Positions 37,396 to 50,455 of a stretch of DNA of 64,000 nucleotides are shown piece by piece. The stretch covers positions 124,001 through 188,000 of the forward strand of contig NC_090597.1 in NCBI RefSeq assembly GCF_000497125.1, given 5' to 3'. The notes below the pieces were generated by a model. The model searched no databases and was not told the DNA's origin. It saw only the letters and a list, made by a program, of their open reading frames with translations. Every line of letters starts with the position of its first letter. Position 1 is the first letter of the stretch. Source of the DNA: Spironucleus salmonicida (Eukaryota). The position numbers and the translations under genes were made by a program.

Positions 37396-38249
37396 TTTTG
37401 AAGGGGAAAATCGGGGGAGCGGGGGTGCCGGGCCTAGCGACTCGCGCAGGTTCGAATTTCTTAAAATAAGTAAAATGTACTATTATATGTTAAATTATTA
37501 TAATATAAAAGATTATATCCAAATTAACATTCTGGGAAAAGCGATGTTTTATGTAACCTGATAAAAATTAACATTAGTAAAATTGACATCATTAAATTAT
37601 CCAGAACCTTATACTTAATAATTACTATCATATAACTAAATACTCAAATATGCTAATCATATTGATAAAATATAGGTTAAGAATTGATTTATATAAGCAA
37701 ATAAATCCTAAATAATTTAATACTAATATCTCACTGTAGTAAAAAATAAAATCACTCAAATGATAAATCAAATTCTAAGAATGCAAGAACATCAACAAAC
37801 ACATCTTCAGTTTATGAAAGAACAGATGAGTCTGATATAGAGAAATCACATAAATCAGGTAGAAAATCACAAAATGATATAAATTTGGTTTATTGCAATA
37901 TATTAGTATTTAAACGAGGACTTACTAGTGGTTTGCACATACTAGAGAATTCAACTCTCTTATTACGCACAATTTTACCAAGTTACATTTAGTAGTAGAA
38001 GTATTAGATCTTAATGATACCTTATATATTTAATATAGTATATATAAAAAACTTATTTAAGATAGTTCTGGTAAAATTCATAGTAATTATTTATATGAAA
38101 TAAAATTTATAAAATAATTTCTTTGATTGTATTTAAAATTATTTTATTAAAAAATAGTGATAATAAGAAGATTAATAATTTTTATTAAAAATTTACTTCT
38201 TATACAATTCTTTTATAAAATCATTAATCAAATAAAGTTAACATCATCA

Positions 38250-39617
38250 TCACTCGCCCATGCATGGTTTACCAGTGCCAACTAAACCACTTTTAACGCC
38301 CAAATATCTTAAATAACAACTAAAGTTTCTAATTTCAGCTTAGTTAATATCTTGCTTTCCACTCCAGCTTATTTCTGAAATGGCGCTAGCTCTAGGCCAG
38401 ATTCTTTGATCTAAGTTACCCTCATCGGTGAATTTTCCGTCAAGATATGCGCAATTCTTAGTTGTATTTTGTGCTAAGAAGTCTAAATAAGTATCTTACC
38501 AGTAAATTCGATATTTTCCTGGTGTTGAAAGAGCAAGCTGGAAGTTAAACGAATGGAAAGCATTCGTATTAGTAATCTAAGATGACTCAGCTTCGATTAA
38601 ATCAACTTCTATTTGAGATTCTAAAGCCTCCTAATATTAAATAATTATACTATTTGGAGCAATATTTTTAATAATATCTGTTATATTTTGAATGAAGGCT
38701 TTGTGAAGATCTTTGAAAGTTATTTAATGTTACTATACATATTGATTTATCATAGCATCTTCTTTCCAGCAACTGAATACATTTTCACTATTGCCTATAT
38801 GGAAATATTTCATTAATTCTGGCTGAACAGCTTACACTATCTCAGTTATGACTTCATAAGTGTGAGTGTTAAAAGGATGAAGTAAGAAGTTCTTGGTGCA
38901 ATCAGCTAAGATTTCAGGTTTAGATTTGCTGATAATTTCAGAGGCTTTAAGGAAATCAATCTCAAAATAAATGCTTATACCTAATAAATTTCCATAATTT
39001 ATAATAGATTATAAATCTTTTTTCGAGTGAACATACTTTTTACCCATATAATATGACGAGTTCTTTAATGTTGTCTCCACAGCAACAGCATATTCATTAC
39101 CTAATACTATACCAACAATGTTCATCTTAGCTAATGCGGCGGCAAGAATTTGGCGTTTTATAGCAACTACTGGTAGAAAATGCGTTGCAGAATCGATCTT
39201 AAGGCTTCTAAAGTCCGACTAAGGAGAATCAGTAAGTATTTATTCCTATATGGTGTAAATACCTTACTCATAATACTGATCAATTGGTGCAGAAATAAGT
39301 TGGGCCAGAGTAGAAAGAGCAAGGCTTAGTTTGGATACAGAAGTTATGTCTAATATGATAGACTTTTTTTCAACATTGATAGAATAGTAATCTTCCGAAT
39401 CATGTTGATTATATTTAATATAAAGAACAACCGGAGAGCTATCCTTAGTACATTTTCCTTTAGGGAATATAGCTGGTACGAATTCCTCAAAAACACGAGA
39501 TGCAGTATCAAAATATTTAGTATCAGGGTTAAGAGTGAGAGATGTTATATAATACTAACTAGGCATGAGCACTTATTTTTGTGGTTAAGGTAGGATACAG
39601 AGGGATAAAAGAAGCAT
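38250..39617 (-). CDS. Beta-hexosaminidase-like protein (GH20), 455 aa, degenerate active site
   Basis: Open in code 6: MLLLSLCILPQPQ..TDSPQSDFRSLKIDSATHFLPV..AKMNIV..GISIYFEIDF..YFHIGNSENVFSCWKED..NLDQRIWPRASAISEISWS, matching the GH20 blocks DxPRFxxRGxxxDTSRHYLP, HLGGDEVxxxCW and RLWPRASAVxERLWS. Confidence 0.88.
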
Positions 39618-39951
39618 TTATAGGAAAGTTGATTTTGTAGTTAGCATATAATTTTTATATAATAATACTAAATGATCATTTCATTCTTAAATATTGAAAA
39701 TCACAATAAAGCCTGCTCTTGCATTTAATTTGACTATGGTAATCACAATATAGCTAACCCCCATCATGCAAATATCGAACCACTCCATAAAACACTCATT
39801 TCACCCGTAACTCCTAACTCCTAACCCCAAATTCCAAATTTCCACCCTCCTTCCCCTTCCCCTTCCAAACCAATTTTCTCTCCCCAAATAATCATATTAT
39901 ATCTCTATTATAACAATAATAAATTTTTCTACCACCCTCAATTTTTCACTC

Positions 39952-42294
39952 TCAGAACAGCTAACTGCTGCTCGAACTGATCCTAACCCCAACAACATCC
40001 GTGTCGTAGTCTTTATTAGCCCTCGCTTTGCGCTTTTTGACCGCCCAGATAACGAGTATTACGGCCGCTACGGCCAGCGCCAGCCCCAGAACTGCCCCCA
40101 GGCCGATCCCGACGAGCGCCAGCGTGTTCTGGCACATTCTCGGGTTCTCTGCGCAGTTTACGCACGCCCCCTCCAGCAAAAGCGACCCCTCGGCGCACTC
40201 GGCGCAGGCGGCGCCGTCGCACCTCGCGCAGCCCTCCGCGAGAATGCCGCCGCAATTGCACTTTTCGCTCTAAATTCCGCTGCAGGGCGCGCACGTTTTT
40301 TCTGTCAGGAAGTGGTCGTTTTCGCACGCTTCGCACGCGCTTCCAGAACTGCATTATGCGCAGTTCTGGGGGCACGCCACGCACGCGTTCGCGCTGCTCA
40401 AATTTTACTCGCAAAATGCACCACTTTAGCAAAAAATTTTTTCGCCGCATTCGTCGATAACGCAGTTCCCTTCCAATAATTTTGTCCCGGGGACGCATTT
40501 TCCGCAGCTGGAAGGGCCGCATTCGCTGCAATTCGCGAAATTTTTGCCCTCGCAGGTGCAGGAGGAGCCGATTTCGGCGTTTTCGGAGCAGCTCAGGCAG
40601 CGGTTTTGCGCCAGAAAGTGCCCGTCTGCGCAGGCTGTGCAGGCCCCAGAATCGCAGTTTACGCAGTTCTGGATCAGCGCAGTTGCGCAGGTGCAGGAAA
40701 ATTCAATGCCTGGCTTCGAATCGCAGGGGGCGCAAACTGCGTTACTGAGGAAATTGTTCTGTTTGCAGCTTTTGCAGTTTTTACTCGTTATATCACATGT
40801 TTCACAATTTTCATCACAAATTTGGCACGAATTACCCGTTATATCATTAGTTTCGCAGAATTCTCCGGTTTTGCAGCTGCCAGGCTGGCACATATCGATG
40901 ATACAAGCGCCGTTAGAAAGGCGGTAGTTAGTGATACAAAGGCTGCAGGAACCGGCATCGCAGGCTGCGCAGTTGAGCGTTTTTTGCGCTCCACATTGGC
41001 AGGTGCTTCCTATTGGCAAAGTAGCTTCGCAGGGAACGCACATGTTGTTCTAGTTTGAAAAACCGTTTTCGCAGACTGTGCAGGTCGTTATATCAGTACA
41101 AATTGCACAATTTTCGCTGCATTTCTGGCATTTGTTTGTTTCTGTCGAACTGATATAACAGAATTCGTCTGCTTGGCATTCTGAGCTGTTTTGGCACTGG
41201 TCTGGAACGCAAATAAGATCTATGAGCTTGAATTAGGATTTGCACGTTTTGCAACTTGTTATATCACATTCAATGCAGTTTGTGATCAATTTTGAGTCGC
41301 AAACGCAGCTTTCGCCGATTTTTTGGTCCTCAGAGCAGCGGTTGCAGGTATTTTCTACGAGATAGTAGCCATTCCCGCAGGACACACAAACGTCGTTTGC
41401 GCATTTTCCGCAGTATTATATCAGTTGCGAGCCGCAATTGCACGAGAATCCGCTAATCGACTCGATTTCGCAGACTTTGCAGGTATTCTAATCAAGAAAC
41501 TGCCCTTCCTAACAAGTTGTGCACAAATTCATTTGCACCGAGCACTGCTTACAGTTTTTATCGCAGTCCTTGCACTAGTTGATCTTTGTATCGGAAACGT
41601 CGCAAAATGTCCCTGACAAACAGTCGTTATCGCCCTGGCAGTGGTCTGGCTAGCACGTTCCACCGATCAACTTGTAGAATTTTCTACAGGTTCTACATGT
41701 GTTCTTATCGCAATTGGCGCAGTTGGTAATTTAGTTTTCCTAGCATTAGCATATGCTGCCGATTAGCATATTCTCATTGCACGCAAAGCACCCTTCGTCG
41801 CTGTTGAAATTACCCGTTTTGCAGGTCGTGCAGGTCGCCAAATTTGCGCAGCGATCGCAGTTCCTAGAGCAGTTTACACACGTTTTTTCTGCGGTTAGGA
41901 ACTGGTCGGACAGGCATGATAAGCATACCGTTGAATCAGTGCACGATTAGCAGTTCTAATCGCACTTTTCGCACTGGCGATCCGCGTTCACAAAGTAGCC
42001 GAAGAAGCACTCCGTGCACGTATCCAAGTCCGTGCAACGCACGCAGTTCGCGATGCAGCTCTCGCAGACGCCTTTCTTCAGGAAGTAGTTCCGCGTGCAC
42101 AAAACGCAGTTCTCCTCGTTGCACTCAGCGCAGTTCGGCTTGATAGTGAATTTTTTCCCGCACTGGCAGGACGTGCCGACCGGCTGGTTCGCGTTGCATG
42201 CTAGACATTCCGCCTTCTCCCCGGGGTTCAGTGGGCAGTAGTAGGGCGAACCGCAGCTGTTGGTCGTCTCAGAACAGGATCCGGCTGATCCCAT
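39952..42294 (-). CDS. CRMP, 780 aa, intact; paralog of the 861/25858 genes
   Basis: MGSAGSCSETTNSCGSPYYCP..QPVGTSCQCGKKFTIKPNC..; no in-frame TGA found; TM LALVGIGLGAVLGLALAVAAVILVIWAV, tail KKRKAR..SSSSQLF*. Confidence 0.92.
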
Positions 42295-43111
42295 TAATTT
42301 AAAGGAGCGGGAAGGCAAAATTGCGTTTAAATGAGGTAAAATGGGGCGGAATCGTACAGGTTCACTTAGATGGAAAGAAATAACCAGGTAAATTAGTGAT
42401 AATGTAAGGGTTGGAGCGAGAAATATGGGTAGGTAGAAGATATGTAGAATATAGATGGGAATAATTTAAAAATTTAACTGTATGTTGAAACTGTATGTTG
42501 GGTGGAAGTGGCTAAAAATAATAATTGATGGTATATAAATAGAATTAAAAAAATATTTGCAAATGAAGAGAAATATAAAAGTATAAATTTAGAATTTATC
42601 TATATAATATATTTTTAATGTAAAGTAAAACCAAAAATTATTGGAAAAATGTTTAGTTAGACTCTAAAATAAGGTATAGAGAAATTTATATTTTGTATAT
42701 TTTAAAAACTTTATAATTTACTTTACCATAAGGTAAAATAAAGTATAAAACATCTTTTTCCTGGTTATCTATATTATGATTGGGGTCAAGTGAGTTTTAC
42801 AATTAATTTTGAATCGTTAATGAACTTTAGTGTATTTATTAACTTTCGCTAGCTCAACATCTAAAATGTTTGTTAATGTTTCATTTGATATATTTATTAT
42901 CATTGATTAAATGGTTAGAATTCCTAATTGAGTTGAATATATTGAAATATGTTAAGTTTTTCGATATATTGGAGAATATCAAATAAATATTATAAATATT
43001 ATTTATTTCATTCAAATATTAATTGTCCATATAAAAATAATATTATCAAATATTTGTTTTAACCGTAGAAATTTTTCTAGACTTATGAAATAATAATAAT
43101 ATTATTATTAC

Positions 43112-43579
43112 TCATTCTACATTTTACTATGACTGTTTAAGCTTTAAGATATTTAGTCTCTAGTTTATTAACCAAACCTCTGCATCGGAAACTAACCCCC
43201 AAATATCATCAAGCTTTGTCACATACTCAAGTATGTTTTAATTTTGCTTTTTAATATCCAATTAAAGCTTGTTTAATTGTACTATAGACTATTTATCTGG
43301 GTTGCAAAAACTTTAGCTGATATTGTTGATAGTATTGTAATAATCTGATGAAGAATCGTCATTGGATGTGAGCTACATATTAATCTATGCATCAAGAGAA
43401 GCCATAAATGAATGTTGCGGGATAGTGGAGATATCATGCGACTGATTAGTACCCTTCTTGATCTACTACAAAAATCTAGGAGATCCACAGTTACTTCTAG
43501 CTAAAGGAGTGCTTAGCTTAGATGGTGAGAAAGAGCTAGTTTATATGAGAAGTTTTTTCAATTGGAGACGGGTCTTCAT
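43112..43579 (-). CDS. Hypothetical protein, 155 aa
   Basis: MKTRLQLKKLLIQTSSFSPSKLSTP..KLDDIWGLVSDAEVWL..QNVE*; open in code 6, bounded by very AT-rich flanks. Confidence 0.6.
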
Positions 43580-43947
43580 TATTGAAAAAGTGTTATAATC
43601 ATATATTAATATATATTAATGAAATAATATTTTATTGAATATAAAATTTTCTTCTTAATCCAACCTATATTACTATATTGTGAAACTAATTTATTGCAGT
43701 TTTACTAGAAATTAATCTGACTAAGCATCTGAAACTAGACTTATTCACATACTTTTCATGTTTATAGATCATAATATTTATATGAACAAACATAGAAATT
43801 AAAGAATTCCCAGAAACTACGATCTATATGTACAGTATTCTATTATTATTATCCATTTATTTGCAACAAATCGATCGCTATTATCAACCATTTCAAATAA
43901 TTTACACTTATTATACACTAAATTAGCATATATTTTCCTTCCTAAAA

Positions 43948-46509
43948 ATGAACGATTACCTGCAGCAGAAATTCTTCCCAGAACTCGACCCAAAATCGCT
44001 GAAAGTGCAGCACCAGATCGGCAGGGGCGCATTTTCGCTGGTTTTCTCGGCCTACACGCCAGACTTCCAGCGACGTGCGATAAAGCGAATCCGACTCACC
44101 CGAAACCCTACATCGATCCTGCGCGAAATCGAGTTCCTGCGGGGCTGTGCGAGCCCCCACATCATCCAGCTGCAGCAGGTCGTTTTCAACGATTTTTCGC
44201 TCCAGACGTCGCTAGTTTTTAACAAGTTCGACGGTGACGATTTCAAGGCCCAAATCGGCCGCTACACGCCGGACGACCTGCGGCACTACATTTTTTCGCT
44301 CCTGTCGGCCCTGGCGGTTACGGAGCGCACGCTGACGCACAGGGACGTAAAACCCGGAAATTTCCTCTACTCCAAAACGCTCAAACGCGGCGTCCTGATC
44401 GATTTTGGGTTATCACAGTCAATTTCAGAAACAATTTCATTTTTCACTCCACTTAATCTTGAACCACAAACTCCCTAAAACGCGTTTTTTCCGAATCCGA
44501 CAAACGCGCAAAAGCAGAAACTTCCGAATTTGCCGCAGTCCGGAACGCACGGATACCACGCTCCTGAGACGATTTTACCGCTGCCGCAGTCGCCCAAAAT
44601 CGACATTTTCTCGGCATTTTGCGCAGTTTTGCAAATTGTTTTGGGAAAGAATTCGATTTTTCGCTCCCAAAATTTCCAAAATTTCGACGAAATTCTGGCG
44701 ATTCGGAGCGTTTTTGGGGCGAATCGAATCGCGAAAGTTGGCTGCGGGATCAACCTTTTGGGCACCGCTCCCTGCGGCATTTCGCTCGAGGAGCTCATCT
44801 ACTTCAGCCACCCGGAGTTCCTCGTGGGCTGCGATTTCGAGCTCGTTCGCCTCGTGCGCAAAATGGGCGAATTGAGCGCTAAAAATCGCTTATCTGCGCA
44901 AGAACTGTTAAATGAGTTTTTCAAAAAAGGAGTGAAAAGTCAAATTCAAAATGAATTCTAGTACAATTTCCGGAAATCTGCTATAAGTCAGATTGAGTAC
45001 CATAACGTCAGTCAGCTGCGCAGCGAAGCGATGAAGCAGCGCATGCACGACGTGATCCAGCTGCTGGGCGGTGACGAGGCGGCGCTGGAGCCCTACATGG
45101 TCAGCTTCGAACGGCTCGACTATCGCGCGATCGCGCAGTCCGGCCGCCGCGCAGCCGAGAAACTGCTGCCGCGGCACAGCAAAAATTGGGACAAAAAGTC
45201 GCTTTTCGACTGGCAACTGATCCGCCGAAAACTTGAAGTTCCTAAAGTTTCTCGCGCATTTTTCAGTTTTGGAACGGAAAATTACGAACCACAATTGCAG
45301 AATCTGGAGCGCTACCAGCGGGCGCAGCGCATGACCGCACAGCGCCGGCGCGTGCACAGGGAGGTCGCTGGCGTGAAGGCGCTCTTTGCCGAATATTCGC
45401 ACGTTTTGCGCCAGTGCCGGAAGAGCGCAGAGGGCTGGCGCAGGGCTGTTTTAGATTCAAACTGTTTTAATTCGTATAATAATATATATAAAAATGAAAG
45501 AAAAGAAATAGGAGTGGAAAATCAAAATGAAAGTCAATTTTAAAATCGCTATTCTAAGCGATTGCGCATTCTTCAAATTTTGAAGTACGAGAAAATTTCA
45601 AGTGGATTTTTTGATTTTTCAGTGGCTGAAAATCGCTTAAATCTCTAAAATCAAAACCAGCAGACAACCACAGAAATCGCCCAAATGCTCGTCAAAAACG
45701 CAATTTAGTAGCGCAAGAACTGGCCCATAATCCGCTATTTCAACGAAAAAATAGCCAAAAACTTCCAGGCGCGCGATCTGACGCTCCTGAAAACTGCGCT
45801 AATGGCCCAGGAAACGCTGGAAACGGCCGAAATCGCCCTGCAGCGACAGCTCGAAATTGCAGTTTCTAGCCCGAAATCACACCCTCAGAAACCGATTTCT
45901 ATTAGTTCTCTACAACATATTAGACATCTACCAGTCTCCCTTCCACAGTTTCTTCTCCGTTTCTTCACCACTCCACACCTCTCGCAGCGGCTGAAACAGC
46001 TGCAGTTCAGCGGCTCCGCGGACGTCAAGAACGTCATTCTGGCAGCCAGCTGCGTCCAGTCGTTCCTGGATGCGCACACGCCCCGCAGCCTCGAAATTCA
46101 GAAGATTACGATGATTCCGACGATTTCGAGGACGCGTCACCGGAGCCAATCCAGCAGTCTGAACGTGCCGAAAAGCGGGCAGTTTAACCAGCTATGCGAG
46201 GCCGAAAAGGCCAAAATTAAGCGGCCCCATATATCTGCTTTTTTGGAGCTTGGGGTCGAGCGGGTGGTGCGCGAGGTGGGGGAGCGTGTAGGTGGTGCGG
46301 AGGTCGAATTTTAGGCTATGTGCGGTTAGACAATGCTAGTTAGACGGTTCGAAACGGTGCTAGCAGAGTTGTCTGGGAAGAATAAGTTTGCTGGGGAGAT
46401 GCTCGGAATCATGCAGGATGAGGGCGGGGCGGATTGCTATCAGTTCATTCAGCAGAAAATGAGGGAAAATGCTGTAAGAAGGGCAGTTTTCAAAGGGTAC
46501 GTTAAGTGA
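43948..46509 (+). CDS. CDC7: Cdc7-like Ser/Thr kinase with long C-terminal extension, 853 aa
   Basis: Four track ORFs join in one frame through TAA/TAG. IGRGAFSLVF, AIKRI, HRDVKPGNFLY, GVLIDFGLSQ, insert, SGTHGYHAPE (Cdc7 consensus AGTxGFRAPE), KIDIFS; stop in AAGTGA. Confidence 0.85.
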
Positions 46510-46529
46510 AAACAGTATTTTTATTAGTG

Positions 46530-47968
46530 TGAGTAAGCGCTAAGAAATATCAGCATCAGAATCAAGACGATGCTCGTGGTGAGTAGTTTGCAAGTACATG
46601 TAAAATTAGTTGTTTACATGTAGTAAAGACTAAACATCCAGGAAATTGATTTGTAATGCATTTTTATTAACACTTAAGTTCCTAAAGCATGTCTTGAATT
46701 TTCTTCGCCTGGTAATCAAAAATGATAGAAGATTATATAATAATCATTATATCCTTTCATTTTAGTTGATTTAGAATTAGATGATTAATTTTTTATTTCA
46801 TCTATAATCGTTCCAAATTCTTGAAATGGCCCAAATTTTGGAGTCCACTCAAAACTCATTTTTAATCAAGAACTAGAGTCACCCGCTCTAGAAGCCACTG
46901 ATAAATATATATAAGACCTTTTTAAGACTTTAACCAAGGAGTTACTAAGGATGAGTTCAAATAGTTTAAAATCAAGATTATTATTATGAAAACATCCTCA
47001 GATCTAGCTTTGACCATTATTTTAGGAAAGGCACAGGTTATCATCATTGGGTGTAAAATAATTACTATCCAGAGATTTATTTTTATAAATATTGTCTTGC
47101 TTGATATTTTTAATGAGATTGTGGATAGCAGAGGCATAAAAGGAGCTGATGCTAAATCATATATCAAATCTTGTTATACAAGATAGTGAGAACGTATAAT
47201 AGTAGAAACACTAGCTAGTGGAAGAGGAAAATACTTCCAGTTAAATTTAATGAGCAAGTAGAAGGATAAAAAGGCACATAAACCAGACATTTATAAAGTA
47301 TCCGATGCCTCCGCTTAACGATCCGTAAATATAGTGCAAAAATATTTGTGGATAATAGCCAAAAACTGAATTTATGATCCGCAAAACTATATAAGCCATA
47401 AGTGGGTATAAGAGAGTATGTAAACATTAGCATACATATCCCTAAATCTTACAGTCTAGGTTTACTGGTTAGACTGTGTGGTGATGCATTTACAGGATAC
47501 TGCCATGCAGGGAAATTTTGCAATAAAATAGTAGAACTAATAAATTGTAAGATATATTCAATATATTGTTAAGATCTATAATGATTATTTAACACTCTTA
47601 ACTATAGAGAGTTACTTACTTCATTTGAATCAATAGATTTTGCATATGGCATAAATAAGACTAATTGGAACTATAAGATTCCATAAACATTAGTTTGCAT
47701 ACCAATAATAAGAATAAAATTGTTCTAATATATATTAGTAAAATGTCACAATTTTTGGGTCACAGAATGGAAAGATAAAAATACCAAAGTTGTATGTGTT
47801 GGCCGCACCGAGTATGTTCTTTATTAATTACGATGCTGGTGGAAATTAGTAAGATTGGATGCCACCTGTGAAATAAATATCTAATAACAAAAATGGGAGG
47901 GTTATATAAGTTTACCTTGCATCTTTAAATCCTTTAATGGAACGCAGATTAAGTTTTTGGGCACTCAT
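46530..47968 (-). pseudogene. Probable decayed multi-pass membrane protein
   Basis: ATG 47968 (MSAQKLNLRSIKGF..), then hydrophobic stretches spread over different frames with several TGA (e.g. HYIYGSLSGGIGYFINVWFMCLFILL; ASAPFMPLLS). Family not identified; 3' limit approximate. Confidence 0.3.
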
Positions 47969-48349
47969 TTTTTGTATCTTTTCTATATTTGTTTTGCTAG
48001 CAGTTTTTGTTCTGGTAAAATTAGAATGAAAATTTACATACAACTTATAAAATACTTGGATAAATTAATATTTAGTATTATATATGATTTGCCTATAATA
48101 AAGTACTGATAAATTCATGATACTTTCCCTATATAATAGGAACATATTTCTAAAACTAAAAAACTAATGTGAATGCTTTTGATGTCAGTTTACATGCATG
48201 CTGCAGTAAATGCTAAGGTAAGTTTAATTAGTGTAGATTATGTCATGAAAAGATAAAAAGTAATTAAAGTCAATATAAATAACATAAAATATCAGAGAGA
48301 AAGAAGAAAAATAAAAATAACTTTTTTCTTATAATAGAATATAAAAAGT

Positions 48350-50455
48350 TTAACATGAAATATTATAGTATATATCATAAGTTTTAAATTCTTTGTTGAT
48401 AATTTTTTCTTAAAATAAGTTTTACAGTATGAAGTGTTAACTACACATTTGTATTAAAAGGGTTTATTGCTGTAATACAGAGAGTTTTAACAGTATTTAT
48501 TTTTAATTTTTCCTATAATTATAGATATTTTTATAACAAGTACTACCATGCCAAAGACTGAAGACCTCTTTATTAAAAAAAATCTAATTTAAGCATATTA
48601 AATAAATCACTTCAAATTATTTCTTATTTCTACAGCAACATTGTAAACTTTCTTTTTCATGAACAAAAATGTGCCGACACAAACTACCCCTACAACTATC
48701 ACTACAGCTATTGTGATTCCTGCGATAGCACCACCGCCCAACTTATTTACAACAACTGGAACTGGTCCTGGAACTGGCGGTGGATCCTAAGTTTCAGACA
48801 ACCAGCACATTTTAGCACGCAATTCGTATCCATCATCGCATTCTGCACATTTGCCAGTTGAGTCAAATTTCATATGCGGCAAACAGGTTGCGCACTTGTT
48901 TTTGGTAGGAGTGCAAGACGCACAATTTATAGCATCACCACATTTGCATTCCGAAGTCAGACCGTCACCACACGCCGTTGGAACACCATTTTTGCAGTAA
49001 TTTCCGTTTTAAATATTTTCGCAAATGGCAGTACATTGTCCTTCTACCGTAGTGACAGCTTTTTCAGGGTGACAGAAATAGCAAATTTGGTCTAAAGAGC
49101 AAAATAAGCAAGGTGTAATACAAGGTATAGACATTTATGTAGCTGGTTCACCTAAATATACTTCTATGGGTTGACAACCATCTTCGCTTTTACAGGGTAA
49201 CTCACAAATGCCGGTATTTTGGTTCTTTTCGTAGCCTTCGGAGCACGTAATGCAAGAATTGTTATCTGTACAGGTATCGCAGTTTGAAGGACAGTCGAGA
49301 CATTTATTATTTGATAAAAATGTATTACGCACGCATTTAGAGCATTGATTTCCCGCACATTCTTGGCAGTTGTATATGGGTTTGCTGTCTTCGCAGTAAC
49401 AACTTTAGCCATATACTATATCTTCAGAGCATGTCCAAGCTTCTGTCATTTTCTGAAAATGGAACTTCGAAATATATTAGTAAACTTGATATAAATGATG
49501 GTATGGATTTTAGTTTTTAAATAGCAATAATACTATATTAATTGTAGTAATATATAATTATTAAATCACAGATTTGATATACTTATCTAAAAATAGATTA
49601 TATTAATATAAATGGTTATATTTACAAATACTTAATTATTACAGAAACTTCATAAATTAACCTATATCTATCTAATAAACACTTTCAGGTTAACAGAATT
49701 TTCATTTAATGAATTATCAGTTTATACATAGGTAATATTATTTTTGTAAAATATAATTTTGAGATTCATTTTATAATTATTATACACATATGATAAGATA
49801 CAAACAGATTATAGTTACTTCATTTATTATAATATATTTAGTGAATTATAAATAATGAACCAATTGGATATAGTGATTGAATAATTTCTGATGCTTCATT
49901 ATAAGTATACTCTCATTAATAACAATACTTAATAGAATAGGTTAAAAGATGCAATTTGCTAAAAATTGGTATTAATAGCTAAATTATGTCAATTAGAAAA
50001 ATAAATTAGTTAAGATATAAATTTCATATTTTATCGGAAGTTCAATATGTGTAGAATTAATTTCTCCCTGATTTGAGTTAAATTTTGGATGTAGCTTGCT
50101 TATTCTAATTAGTTTTATACGAATTAAGTAGTTTTTAGCATTAGATTGATTTTTCAGCATTAATTGTATTAATAAATAGTTGAGCCCAAAATAGTTTAGT
50201 ATAACAGACACAAACTAATTACTTAATAGCTCTAAATTATCATATGATATTTCAAAATGTGCATAATTAGTATTTAGTATATTTTATGAGAACAATTAAC
50301 AAATAGCGAAGTTTTAATTAATAGCTGAAACCGTACAACCACATAGTAATAAATAGCATAGAGAGAATCAAAAAGTCCCTGATCGATCTCAGTTTCAAAA
50401 ACCAATTATGAAAAATTTATTTTAACAAAAGCAAAATGTACCCTATTACTTTTCA
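48350..50455 (+). repeat. Diverged direct duplication (partner ~57865-60045) containing a small CRMP and ~1 kb upstream flank
   Basis: Clearly alignable but diverged throughout, except for an identical core 48468-48712 = 58006-58250. Edges approximate. Confidence 0.8.
48607..49449 (-). CDS. Small CRMP, 280 aa
   Basis: MTEAWTCSEDIVYGQSCYCED..; PPPVPGPVPVV linker, TM GGGAIAGITIAVVIVVGVVCVGTFLFM, tail KKKVYNVAVEIRNNLK*; stop in AAGTGA. Confidence 0.88.

Larger units (their letters stand above)
36151..37467 (-). repeat. Inverted repeat 3, right arm
   Basis: Reverse complement of 29910-31226. Confidence 0.95.

Noticed and set aside
7149-37467. Inverted repeats as transposon terminal inverted repeats
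   Set aside because: Arms are 1.3-4.5 kb of host genes, no transposase lies between them, and no target duplications were seen.
39795-39890. C-rich tract (cctaactcctaacccc..ccttccccttcccc) as telomeric repeat or G-quadruplex
   Set aside because: Irregular, only two or three imperfect units and internal; cannot be supported beyond composition.
43091-43110. 20-bp perfect palindrome taataataatattattatta
   Set aside because: Low-complexity (TAA)n/(TTA)n in a very AT-rich spacer; expected by chance.
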